Positions 55,683 to 64,000 of a DNA stretch of 64,000 nt are shown piece by piece; position 1 is the stretch's first letter; each line of letters opens with the position of its first letter. Source of the stretch: an uncultured bacterium (GTDB taxonomy: Bacteria; Cyanobacteriota; Vampirovibrionia; Gastranaerophilales; JAILCC01); the NCBI GenBank assembly GCA_949283935.1, contig CASDUJ010000004.1, forward strand, positions 7,872 to 71,871, written 5' to 3'. Made by a program: the position numbers and the translations under genes. The notes under the pieces are model-generated. The model did no database searches. It was not told the DNA's origin and worked only from the letters and a program-made list of their open reading frames with translations.

Positions 55683-56320
55683 GTATTAGGTTTTATGTTT
55701 TCAAAATATTTCGAATTTAAAAGTTTTTCAATTTTTTGATCATTTATGCATTTTTGTATAACTTGGTATAAATCGTCTAAATCAGTCTCACTAAAATTAT
55801 TTATGTACAATAAACCACTCGGTATTTTAATGTCTGAAGTTGTTTTTACATCCGTAAAATAGTTATTAATTTCCAAAAATTCAATGTAATTGTCTATTAT
55901 AAAAAAATATTTGGGGTTCATTTTACGTGTTGCAAAAGGACTTTTGTCATTATTTTTGATAAATTTTTCGAGTGTATGTACTTCAATTGATACATCAGTA
56001 CTTTTACATTTTTCTACTGATAAACCTATAAAATCATTTCCTTGTATTTGTTTGGGGTTATTTTGATATTTGTTTTTTAGATATGCTCCATATAGCATTC
56101 CCCCAAAATAAAAACTTATTAAATTGTCACAGAGCTGAAAAATAGAACTCTCCAACGTTTTGTATTTCATTTTACGTTGGTTAAAATTTTTAAATTTTTT
56201 TATTTCTATATCCATATAAAAATAACTTGGCGAAAATGCAAACGTATATGGAGCAAAGCCAGGGTCAAATGGAACTGTTGAATTGGTTTTTGATGTATCT
56301 TGCATGTTTATATGATACAA
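55679..56320 (-). CDS. Hypothetical protein (about 208-213 aa)
   Basis: Long ORF. The track start is TTG; the first ATG (MQDTSK) is at 56305. No motif recognised. Confidence 0.4.
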   Translation of the reverse strand: MYHINMQDTSKTNSTVPFDPGFAPYTFAFSPSYFYMDIEIKKFKNFNQRKMKYKTLESSIFQLCDNLISFYFGGMLYGAYLKNKYQNNPKQIQGNDFIGLSVEKCKSTDVSIEVHTLEKFIKNNDKSPFATRKMNPKYFFIIDNYIEFLEINNYFTDVKTTSDIKIPSGLLYINNFSETDLDDLYQVIQKCINDQKIEKLLNSKYFENIKPNT

Positions 56321-56448
56321 TATACTTGCGTTTGCTACAAGTAGATTAATAAATCACCTAATAGATGAACTAAAATAGTTTTATTGTATGATGAAATTGT
56401 GGTGTGGAACATTAATAATATAAACAATGCACAAAAGGAGTGATATCA

Positions 56449-56604
56449 ATGTTTAATAAGTTGTTTTCTTTTTTAGGGTTTAATTCTTCAGAAAGTTATG
56501 TGGGTTTATCTCATTTAGTTGTGGATAATATGCCTGTTAAATCTCCTGTTCAAGAAACTACTAAGAAAGAACTAAAATTGTCTGACTTAATGAGGGGAAA
56601 TTAA
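56449..56604 (+). CDS. Small ORF (51 aa) with an amphipathic N-terminus
   Basis: AAAAGGAG RBS 8 nt upstream of the ATG. Translation: MFNKLFSFLGFNSSESYVGLSHLVVDNMPVKSPVQETTKKELKLSDLMRGN. Below the track length cutoff. Confidence 0.4.
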   Translation: MFNKLFSFLGFNSSESYVGLSHLVVDNMPVKSPVQETTKKELKLSDLMRGN

Positions 56605-57479
56605 TGGTTTAGTGTTGGCATGCCCCAGTTAAGTTTTTTTCTTAAAACACTGTAAAAGTTATTTTCACTAGAATTTAATAAGACAAGCTTTGCAGCTTTA
56701 TTACTTTTAACAATTGAAATTTTTTCATCTTTTTTTAATTTGTAATTATCTTGTCCGTCTGCCGTAATGTATATCAGGTCGGCATTGTTGTCTGTTTTAA
56801 TTTCAATATTTTCTTGACCTTGAATAACTAATGGGCGAATTGAAAGCGTGTGTGGACATATTGGAGTAACTGTTATAGCATCAATTACAGGAGATATTAT
56901 TGGTCCATTGGCTGATAAATTGTATGCAGTGGAACCAGTTGGTGTGGATATGATTATTCCATCTGCTAAATAATCGCAAACTTCTTGATTGTTTATCGAC
57001 AAATATAAACGAGAAGTTCTTGATATTGCTCCGCCTTTTACCACTAAATCGTTTAAAGCTGAAAGTTTTGTTTGCGATATAGAAGTTATTGCTTGAAGCA
57101 TAATACGTTTTTGTATTAAAAAGTTGCCTTTGATAATTTCTTCAAGACCTTGTTTTAATTTTTTTTGTCCAATTTGAGCTAGAAAGCCAAGTCTTCCAAA
57201 ATTAATGCCCAACACAGGTACGTTGTATTCTGCATAAAATCTTGCAGTTGCCAATAATGTCCCATCTCCACCAATTGTTATTGCAAATGTTGCAGTGGAA
57301 TCAAATTCAAAATTATGACAATTTGCGTTAATATTTTGTTGAGTATAGTTTATTGATGATTTTTGTAGAAATTTTGTTAACACATCAGCAATTTTTTCAG
57401 AATTTTTTCTACTTGTGTTGCAAATAATGCTAATTTTACTCAAATCTATTTCTTGATTGTTTGTTGATTTTAGCTTCAA
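56601..57479 (-). CDS. nadK: NAD kinase
   Basis: GGDGTLL, NDLVV and STPTGSTAYNLSANGPI motifs. Confidence 0.9.
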   Translation of the reverse strand: MKLKSTNNQEIDLSKISIICNTSRKNSEKIADVLTKFLQKSSINYTQQNINANCHNFEFDSTATFAITIGGDGTLLATARFYAEYNVPVLGINFGRLGFLAQIGQKKLKQGLEEIIKGNFLIQKRIMLQAITSISQTKLSALNDLVVKGGAISRTSRLYLSINNQEVCDYLADGIIISTPTGSTAYNLSANGPIISPVIDAITVTPICPHTLSIRPLVIQGQENIEIKTDNNADLIYITADGQDNYKLKKDEKISIVKSNKAAKLVLLNSSENNFYSVLRKKLNWGMPTLNH

Positions 57480-57502
57480 TTAAACCTCCAATGTTTTTTA
57501 TA

Positions 57503-58324
57503 TTATAAGTTAACATTGTTAACTACTGCAAGAATTTTTTCATCAGTTATTTTTAATTTTTCATTTGTTAAATAAACTAAATACTCTATATTTCCAGCAG
57601 GACCTGTGATGGGTGAATATGTTAAATCTTGTGCTTTAAGACCAATAGAATCACAGTAATCAACTATATTTTTTATTACTTGTATGTGGACTTTTTTTTC
57701 TTTTACTACACCTTTTTTTTCTACAAATTCACGACCTGCTTCAAATTGAGGTTTAATTAATGCCACAATTTCAAAAGAGTCCGGTTTTAAAAAATTTTTT
57801 ATATTTTCCAATACTTTTGTAATAGAAATAAATGACAAATCCATTGCACAGAAATCGCATCTTTCGTCACTTTCAGAGTCAAAAATATCTAAAAATGCGC
57901 AGTTTTTTATGTTTGTGCGTTCTACAGTTTTTACCTTTGAGTTTTGTCTTATTTTCCAAGCAATTTGTCCATAACCAACATCAACTGCGTAAATCTTTTG
58001 AGCATTATTTTGTAACATGCAATCTGTGAAACCTCCTGTTGATGCGCCTGCATCAAGGCATATTTTGTTATGCAAATTAATTTCAAATGTTTTAATTGCT
58101 TTGTCTAATTTTAATCCACCTCTACTTACAAAAGGTAGTGTTTTAACAGAAATATCAAGTATTTTTGTTGTGTCAAATGTTTGGGAAGATTTTATAATTT
58201 TTTCTCCATTGACTTTGACGTGCCCAGCAAGGATCATTGCCTGAGCTTGAGATTTGCTTTGGGCAAAATTTCTATCGGTTAAAATTTTATCTATTCTTTC
58301 TTTTGTTGTTTTTTTGTTGTTCAT
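57503..58324 (-). CDS. tlyA: TlyA family rRNA (cytidine-2'-O)-methyltransferase
   Basis: N-terminal S4 domain (RIDKILTDRNFAQSKSQAQAMILAGHVKVNG) plus the FtsJ-like SAM motif LDAGASTGGFTDCML. Confidence 0.85.
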   Translation of the reverse strand: MNNKKTTKERIDKILTDRNFAQSKSQAQAMILAGHVKVNGEKIIKSSQTFDTTKILDISVKTLPFVSRGGLKLDKAIKTFEINLHNKICLDAGASTGGFTDCMLQNNAQKIYAVDVGYGQIAWKIRQNSKVKTVERTNIKNCAFLDIFDSESDERCDFCAMDLSFISITKVLENIKNFLKPDSFEIVALIKPQFEAGREFVEKKGVVKEKKVHIQVIKNIVDYCDSIGLKAQDLTYSPITGPAGNIEYLVYLTNEKLKITDEKILAVVNNVNL

Positions 58325-58425
58325 AATTAAAATCTACACTAAATAGTTGATTTTCTAATTATAGACTAAAGATTAAAAAAAAACAGTCGAATAGAAAGTA
58401 TATGGGAGAAAAAGGTAGATAGAAG

Positions 58426-59853
58426 TTGTATAATAACACAATTATTCAAACAAATTATAAACCATATATTCCTCCTCCTAAGAAAAAAATTTCAAAAAAT
58501 GAGGAGCAAAAGGAGTCTGAAGCTAAGAGCTTAGCCATTAAAGCTAATAATTATTCAGACGGGAATGAACGTCAAAAACCTTCTTCTGATGCATTTTCCA
58601 AAAGTGCTGCAATTAATGCTGCAAAGATAAATATTAACCAGCTTTTGATAGATTTTAATTCAACTTTAAATGCAATAGGTGCGACAGAAGATGTTGAGAA
58701 CGAGGTAAAAACATATTTAGGTCTAGTTGAACACCAAGCAAAAAAAGAAAAACCAAATAAAAAAATGATTATTTCCAATCTTAAGATTGCAGCTGATGTT
58801 CTTGATATTTACATATCAGAGACATTGAACAAACCATCTAAAGTTGTAAAAGATTGGGTAGATGCTCTTTTGTTACAAAATATTGATTTTAAAGCTGATG
58901 AAAATATAACAAAAGGTGCATTTGAAAGTATAACAGGCGAACAGCCTCAAACTGCGAAACTTGCTGAAAAAAAACTTGCACAAAAAGCCCAGTTAGAAGA
59001 CAAGAAAGTCGAAAACACAGAATTTCTGCCAGTAAAACAATCTGATGAAAGTATTTCTACTACAAAAACGAATTCAGAAATTGAAAATACAAAGATACAA
59101 AATCTTATGCAAATGGCGGAAGAACATATGACAAATTCTCCAACCCAGGCTTTAAATACACTTTCGGAAGCTTTTACGATTGCTCAAAAAACATCAGATA
59201 AATCATCTATGGCTGAAATTTATTCTAAAATTGCTCAAGTGCAGAACCAAATTAATAATTTACCTCAAGCTCTTGATTGTTTAAATGCATCAACTATTCT
59301 AGCTTACTCTGTGGGTAATGATATGCTGAAAACAAAAAATCATAAGCAAATGGGAAAAATATACGATGAAGCTGGTTATATGGATACAGCCATTTCGCAT
59401 TATTTTGCCTCTATAGCTATAGATGGAAACTTAGATGATACGGAAAATCAGGCTGACACGCTAAATAAAGTAGGAAAAATGTATACGGTTAGATACATTG
59501 AACCTGAAGCTGTTGAATATTACAAAGATGCATTGGATTTGGCAAAAATTACCAAAAATACTAATATGATGAGTGATATATTTCATAACACAGCAATTAC
59601 TTTTCAAAATGCTGGAACCCGCGAAAAAAATGCAAAGGCATTAAATAGTTACAAAAATGCAGCTATTCTTGCGCAAAAAGCTTCTAATGATAATTCTTTA
59701 ACGAAAATATATGAACATGCTGCTGATTTAATGTTGCAGATGAATCATTTAAAGCGTGCAGGAGATTTATATAAAAAATCTTATCGTCTTGCAGAAAAAA
59801 CTAATAATAAAGATGCTTTGAAAAGAATAAAAGAAAAAATTCTAAATTTATAA
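58426..59853 (+). CDS. Hypothetical protein with a low-complexity N-terminus and a TPR-like C-terminal half
   Basis: TTG is the only start available after the in-frame stop at 58420. The C-terminal half has repeated A..Y...A patterns. Confidence 0.5.
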   Translation: MYNNTIIQTNYKPYIPPPKKKISKNEEQKESEAKSLAIKANNYSDGNERQKPSSDAFSKSAAINAAKININQLLIDFNSTLNAIGATEDVENEVKTYLGLVEHQAKKEKPNKKMIISNLKIAADVLDIYISETLNKPSKVVKDWVDALLLQNIDFKADENITKGAFESITGEQPQTAKLAEKKLAQKAQLEDKKVENTEFLPVKQSDESISTTKTNSEIENTKIQNLMQMAEEHMTNSPTQALNTLSEAFTIAQKTSDKSSMAEIYSKIAQVQNQINNLPQALDCLNASTILAYSVGNDMLKTKNHKQMGKIYDEAGYMDTAISHYFASIAIDGNLDDTENQADTLNKVGKMYTVRYIEPEAVEYYKDALDLAKITKNTNMMSDIFHNTAITFQNAGTREKNAKALNSYKNAAILAQKASNDNSLTKIYEHAADLMLQMNHLKRAGDLYKKSYRLAEKTNNKDALKRIKEKILNL

Positions 59854-59890
59854 ACTATAAGCTCTAACGAAAAGAATCATAAGTATTATG

Positions 59891-59911
59891 AAAGTGCTAT
59901 AAAAGCACTTT
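59891..59911 (+). terminator. Intrinsic terminator after the 58426 gene
   Basis: 8-bp stem AAAGTGCT/AGCACTTT, loop ATAA, with the T4 run partly inside the stem. Confidence 0.45.
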
Positions 59912-60107
59912 TAAACAAAGAAATCAAAAGCGCATTTACATTATCAAACTAATATTTTGGCTTATTATTTTAATGAGTAAAAAACAAATTGGTAAAATAA
60001 AGAACTCCTTCATTATATTATGTTGGAGTTTTTATTCTGTTTAACAATCTTCCCAAAAAAAATTTTTCTGTTAGAATAAGTTCAGAGGATTTTATAAAGG
60101 GTACTAT

Positions 60108-60665
60108 ATGATTTCGACAAATGAACTGAAAAACGGTATAACTATTGAAGTTGACGGTGCTTTATATCAAGTAGTTGAATTTTTACACGTAAAACCTGGC
60201 AAAGGTGCTGCTTTTGTTAGAACAAAACTAAAAAATGTTGAAACTGGTAATACAATGGAAAAAACATTTAGAGCAGGGGAAAAATTTCCAAAAGCGGTTT
60301 TGGAAAAGAAGGAAATGCAATTTTTATACAAAGCTGACAAAGATTATATTTTTATGGATAATTCAACTTATGATCAAATATCCCTTACAGAAGAACAAAT
60401 TGGTGATGGTATTAAATATTTGAAAGAGAATATGGTCATTTTTACTTTGGAATGTAAAGGAAAGTTAATTGGAATTGATTTACCTAATTTTGTTGAGTTA
60501 CAAGTAGTGGACACTCCCCCAGGAGAAAAGGGTAATACGGCACAAGGTGGTACAAAACCTGCAACTTTAGAAACCGGAGCCGTTGTTAACGTTCCATTTT
60601 TTATCAATAATGGTGAAACTATAAGAATTGATACAAGAACAAATTCATATTTAGATAGAGCATAA
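60108..60665 (+). CDS. efp: Translation elongation factor P
   Basis: ISTNELKNG ... [21 protein letters not shown], including the conserved modified-Lys loop. Confidence 0.92.
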   Translation: MISTNELKNGITIEVDGALYQVVEFLHVKPGKGAAFVRTKLKNVETGNTMEKTFRAGEKFPKAVLEKKEMQFLYKADKDYIFMDNSTYDQISLTEEQIGDGIKYLKENMVIFTLECKGKLIGIDLPNFVELQVVDTPPGEKGNTAQGGTKPATLETGAVVNVPFFINNGETIRIDTRTNSYLDRA

Positions 60666-60678
60666 AAGAGAGTTTATT

Positions 60679-61113
60679 ATGAAAATTGATTTAGATTATA
60701 TTAAAAAAATTGCTGATGTTATGGATGAAAAATCTTTAATAGAATTGTCGATGGAAGATAGTGGACAAAAAATTTCCATAAAAAGAGGTGATGTGTCAAA
60801 GGCTGTATCTACTGTTGCTCCAATTCCTGTTGCAACTCCAGTTTCTAAAATTTCTGAAGAACAAAAACCTGCTAGAAAAGCTACTCCAATAACTTCTCCA
60901 ATGGTTGGTACTTTTTACAGTGCATCTTCACCTGATGCTGAGCCTTATGTAAAAGTAGGAGATTCTATTAAACCAGGACAAGTTGTTTGTATAATAGAAG
61001 CAATGAAATTGATGAATGAAATTGAGGCTGATGTTTCGGGTAAAATTGTTGAAATTTGCGTTGAAAATGGACAAACCATCGAATTTGGGCAAGTTTTGAT
61101 GTATGTAGAGTAA
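60679..61113 (+). CDS. accB: Acetyl-CoA carboxylase biotin carboxyl carrier protein
   Basis: Pro/Ala linker, then the biotinyl domain with the EAMKLMNEIEA motif. Confidence 0.9.
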   Translation: MKIDLDYIKKIADVMDEKSLIELSMEDSGQKISIKRGDVSKAVSTVAPIPVATPVSKISEEQKPARKATPITSPMVGTFYSASSPDAEPYVKVGDSIKPGQVVCIIEAMKLMNEIEADVSGKIVEICVENGQTIEFGQVLMYVE

Positions 61114-61124
61114 AAGGATTTGAG

Positions 61125-62471
61125 ATGTTTAATAAAATTTTAATAGCAAACAGGGGCGAGGTAGCTCTTAGGATTATAAGAACTTGCAAAGAAATGGGAA
61201 TTCGTACAGTTGCTATATATTCTAAAGCTGATGAAGATTGTTTGCATGTTAGTATGGCAGATGAGGCTTATTGCATTGGTCCGGCTCCTTCAAAAGAAAG
61301 TTATCTAAATGTTGCTAATATACTTAGTACTGCTCTTTTGGCGCAAGTAGACGCAATACATCCTGGTTATGGATTTTTAGCTGAGAATGCAAACTTTGCT
61401 GAAATTTGCGAAGCACATCATATAAAATTTATAGGTCCATCTTCTAATCACATAAAACTTATGGGGGATAAAGTTACCGCAAGAGATACGATGGAAAAAA
61501 GTTCTGTTCCTGTAATAAAAGGTTCGCCTTTGCTTGATACAGTTGAAGATGCAAAAAAATATGCAGAAAAAATTGGCTATCCAATAATGTTGAAAGCTAC
61601 AGCAGGTGGGGGCGGAAAAGGAATGCGTGTTGTTATGGATGAAAATGAATTAGAAAATTCTTACAACATTACTCGTTCAGAAGCTCAAGCTTTTTTTGGA
61701 AATGACAAAGTTTATATGGAAAAATTTATTCAAAATCCTCGCCATATAGAAGTACAAGTTGTTGCAGACAGATATGGGAATGCTTGTCATCTAGGGGAAA
61801 GAGATTGTACAATTCAAAGGAGGCACCAAAAACTTATTGAAGAATCTCCGTCTGGTGTTGTTTCTCCTGAAATTCGCGAAAAAATGGCTGAAGCAGCGAT
61901 TAATGCAGTAAAATCAATAAACTATGAGGGTGTAGGCACTATTGAATTTTTATTTGATGGTAAAGATTTTTATTTTATGGAAATGAACACAAGACTTCAA
62001 GTTGAGCACTGTGTTACAGAAATGGTTACCAAAAAAGATTTGGTGCGCGAACAAATATCAATTGCTGCAGGAGAAAAGCTTTCTTTTTCTCAAAAGGATA
62101 TTAAAATATCTGGTCACGCTATCGAATGTAGAATTAATGCAGAAAACCCGGATAAAGACTTTATGCCTTGTCCTGGTGAGATAGAAGGTTATATAGCTCC
62201 TGGAGGATACGGTGTACGTGTAGATAGTCATGTTTATGCTAATTATAAAATTCCTCCGAATTACGATTCAATGATTGCAAAATTAATTTGTTGGGGAGAA
62301 AATAGAGAAGAAGCAAGAATTAGAATGATTAGAGCAATTAGTGAATACGTAATTTTGGGTGTGGAAACTACTATTCCTTTTCACAAAAAAATCTTGCGCA
62401 ACAAATCTTTTATTCAAAATAATTATTCTACAAAATTTGTTGAAGAAGAAATGATGAAAGTTGAAGTATAG
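61125..62471 (+). CDS. accC: Acetyl-CoA carboxylase biotin carboxylase subunit
   Basis: KILIANRGEVALRIIRT, ATP-grasp GGGGKGMR, EMNTRLQVEH. Confidence 0.92.
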   Translation: MFNKILIANRGEVALRIIRTCKEMGIRTVAIYSKADEDCLHVSMADEAYCIGPAPSKESYLNVANILSTALLAQVDAIHPGYGFLAENANFAEICEAHHIKFIGPSSNHIKLMGDKVTARDTMEKSSVPVIKGSPLLDTVEDAKKYAEKIGYPIMLKATAGGGGKGMRVVMDENELENSYNITRSEAQAFFGNDKVYMEKFIQNPRHIEVQVVADRYGNACHLGERDCTIQRRHQKLIEESPSGVVSPEIREKMAEAAINAVKSINYEGVGTIEFLFDGKDFYFMEMNTRLQVEHCVTEMVTKKDLVREQISIAAGEKLSFSQKDIKISGHAIECRINAENPDKDFMPCPGEIEGYIAPGGYGVRVDSHVYANYKIPPNYDSMIAKLICWGENREEARIRMIRAISEYVILGVETTIPFHKKILRNKSFIQNNYSTKFVEEEMMKVEV

Positions 62472-62473
62472 AT

Positions 62474-64000
62474 ATGAATCAAGAGAATTTCTCCGATGAT
62501 TTAAGCAGAGCTGCTATTTTTTTGGCTGATAAAAATTATTTTGATGCAAAAAATGAATTTCAGAAAGTTCTCAAAAAAGAAAAAAATAATTTGGAAGCTT
62601 TAAAAGGCATAGGGCTATGTTTTTATAATTTGAAAGAATATGACAATTCTATAAAAGCTTTTAAAAAAGCTGTAAAAATTGCGGAAGATGATGCAACTTC
62701 TTTATATTATCTAGCTTCCTTGTCTATATTATTGGATAAGTCTGCTGATGCCATCATTTATTCTAAAAAAGTTATTGAACTTAGACCGGATTATTTTGAT
62801 GCGTACAAAATACTTTTCACTTTATATCTGAAATTAAAAAAATTTGACGCTATTTTGGATTTATACAAGATTTTTAAAGATAATAATGTTGTTCCTACGG
62901 ATGAAACTATATATGTAGTTTTAGGAACTTTGTACATGCTAAAAAAAAGTTATGAAATTGCAATAGAATTTTTTAAATCTGCACAAACTTTGGCTCCTAA
63001 AAAAGAACAAATTTCTAATAATTTGGGCGTTTGTTATATGTCTTTGAAAGATTATGATATGGCAATTCAATCTTTTGAAAATTCTTTGCTCTTAAATTCT
63101 AATAATCATTTGACTTATATAGATTTAGGAACAGTTTATCAAATGAAAGGAGAATTTGTAAAAGCATTAAATGTTTTTAATAAAGCTTTAGAATTAGCTC
63201 CTGATAATTTTCTTGTATTATTAAATGTTGCTAATCTTTCTAACATGTTAAAGAGATATGATTTAGCCATAGATGCTTATGAAAAAATTCTTAGTATAAA
63301 TCATAATTTAAAAGAAATTCAATCTTCATTGATAGGTGCATACGTTAAAAATAGACAACACGACAAAGCAATAAATCTTATTGACAAAGTTTTAGAAAAA
63401 AATCAACGTAATGTTCCATTGCTTTTTAAAAAGGCAAAAATTTATACAGATTTAAATGATTTTAATTCTGCAGCTAAAATTTACGAGCAAATAGTTTCCT
63501 TCAAAAAAAATTCACCTACTATTTATCATGCTTATGCAATTTTGTACACAAAGATGAAAGATTATGATAAAGCACTACAGTATTTACAAAAAAGTCTTGT
63601 TCTTGAAGAAAATAATGCTCAAGCTCACAAAGACTTAGGAGTTATTTATCTTATGCGTAATCAAGTTGAATACGCAAAAGATGAATTTGACAAAGCTGCT
63701 CAACTGGGAACACAAGATAATGAAATTTTAAAAGAATGTGGTGATTTTTATTATTCTATAAGTAATTTTCAAAAAGCTGATGACTTATACAGAAAATCTT
63801 TGGAAATAGAAAATAATCCATATACTTCGCTTTCTTTAGGGATTAATCTAATTGCTCAAAATAAATTAGAAGAAGCCTTCGCTGTTATGGAGCCTTTGTT
63901 AAGTATTTTTCCAGATAATCCTGAACTTTTATACAATTTAGCTAGGATATTCTATTACCAAAAAGATTTTGATAATGCAGCAAGATTAGCTAAAAAAGCT
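62474..64000 (+). CDS. Tetratricopeptide repeat protein, 3'-partial (runs off the window)
   Basis: The ATG at 62474 opens a frame with no stop through nt 64000 (509 codons). It is missing from the ORF track because no stop lies in the window. Many TPR-like units are present (for example AIKAFKKAVKIAEDD, ALNVFNKALELAPDN). Confidence 0.7.
   Translation, partial: MNQENFSDDLSRAAIFLADKNYFDAKNEFQKVLKKEKNNLEALKGIGLCFYNLKEYDNSIKAFKKAVKIAEDDATSLYYLASLSILLDKSADAIIYSKKVIELRPDYFDAYKILFTLYLKLKKFDAILDLYKIFKDNNVVPTDETIYVVLGTLYMLKKSYEIAIEFFKSAQTLAPKKEQISNNLGVCYMSLKDYDMAIQSFENSLLLNSNNHLTYIDLGTVYQMKGEFVKALNVFNKALELAPDNFLVLLNVANLSNMLKRYDLAIDAYEKILSINHNLKEIQSSLIGAYVKNRQHDKAINLIDKVLEKNQRNVPLLFKKAKIYTDLNDFNSAAKIYEQIVSFKKNSPTIYHAYAILYTKMKDYDKALQYLQKSLVLEENNAQAHKDLGVIYLMRNQVEYAKDEFDKAAQLGTQDNEILKECGDFYYSISNFQKADDLYRKSLEIENNPYTSLSLGINLIAQNKLEEAFAVMEPLLSIFPDNPELLYNLARIFYYQKDFDNAARLAKKA

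Noticed and set aside
56449-56604. Annotating the 51-aa ORF as SepF or MinE
   Set aside because: Only the first ~11 residues resemble an amphipathic membrane-targeting helix. The peptide is a third of SepF's length and lacks the MinE anti-MinCD region.
1-64000. CRISPR arrays, IS elements, prophage or integron structures
   Set aside because: Reading the intergenic regions, I found no regularly spaced repeat array, no transposase, integrase or phage structural motifs, and no long terminal inverted repeats. This was a visual scan and is not exhaustive.
1-64000. Alternative genetic code (TGA recoding), considered because of the AT-rich uncultured-type genome
   Set aside because: TGA terminates conserved genes at the expected length (for example the double-CheW gene at 15019), and no conserved family protein is interrupted by an in-frame TGA.

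Overview
This is a visibly AT-rich bacterial chromosomal segment, densely coded on both strands. I saw no rRNA, CRISPR array, transposase or integrase. Most genes are recognisable housekeeping genes:
- Polyamine synthesis: speE, speB.
- Amino-acid synthesis: proC, ilvD.
- tRNA/rRNA modification: miaA, mnmG, rlmN, tlyA.
- Envelope/LPS: GT9 heptosyltransferase, lpxA, SpoIID-like protein.
- Glycogen-type enzymes: an oversized GH13 and a GH57 branching enzyme.
- Other core genes: clpC, nth, ispH-rpsA, nrnA, nadK, efp-accB-accC.

Two RNA genes are readable directly. One is tRNA-Arg(CCG). The other is a type-A RNase P RNA on the minus strand, which is masked in the ORF track by a spurious 75-aa ORF. 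The cyanobacterial-type ClpC N-terminus, the type-A RNase P RNA, LPS genes, chemotaxis genes and a flagellar sigma-28-type promoter, with no photosynthesis genes, suggest a non-photosynthetic cyanobacterial sister lineage (Melainabacteria/Vampirovibrionia-like). This is inference only.

I found no clear-cut new multi-gene defence or secretion system. The items most worth a second look are:
1. A structured ~170-nt leader whose intrinsic terminator abuts the RBS of an uncharacterised Zn-ribbon plus membrane-protein operon. It sits divergent from an EF-hand coiled-coil gene and next to palindromic repeats.
2. A near-consensus sigma-28 promoter driving an unknown 165-aa protein.
3. A minimal Wsp-like chemosensory module (sensor-less MCP, CheA-REC, REC-GAF-GGDEF, double CheW), plus a PilZ gene directly behind clpC.
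4. An orphan OLD-type Toprim protein without an ATPase, next to a papain-fold peptidase-like gene.
5. A GH13 enzyme with a ~400-aa insertion between catalytic regions I and II.

All calls come from reading motifs by eye. No searches or folding computations were run.
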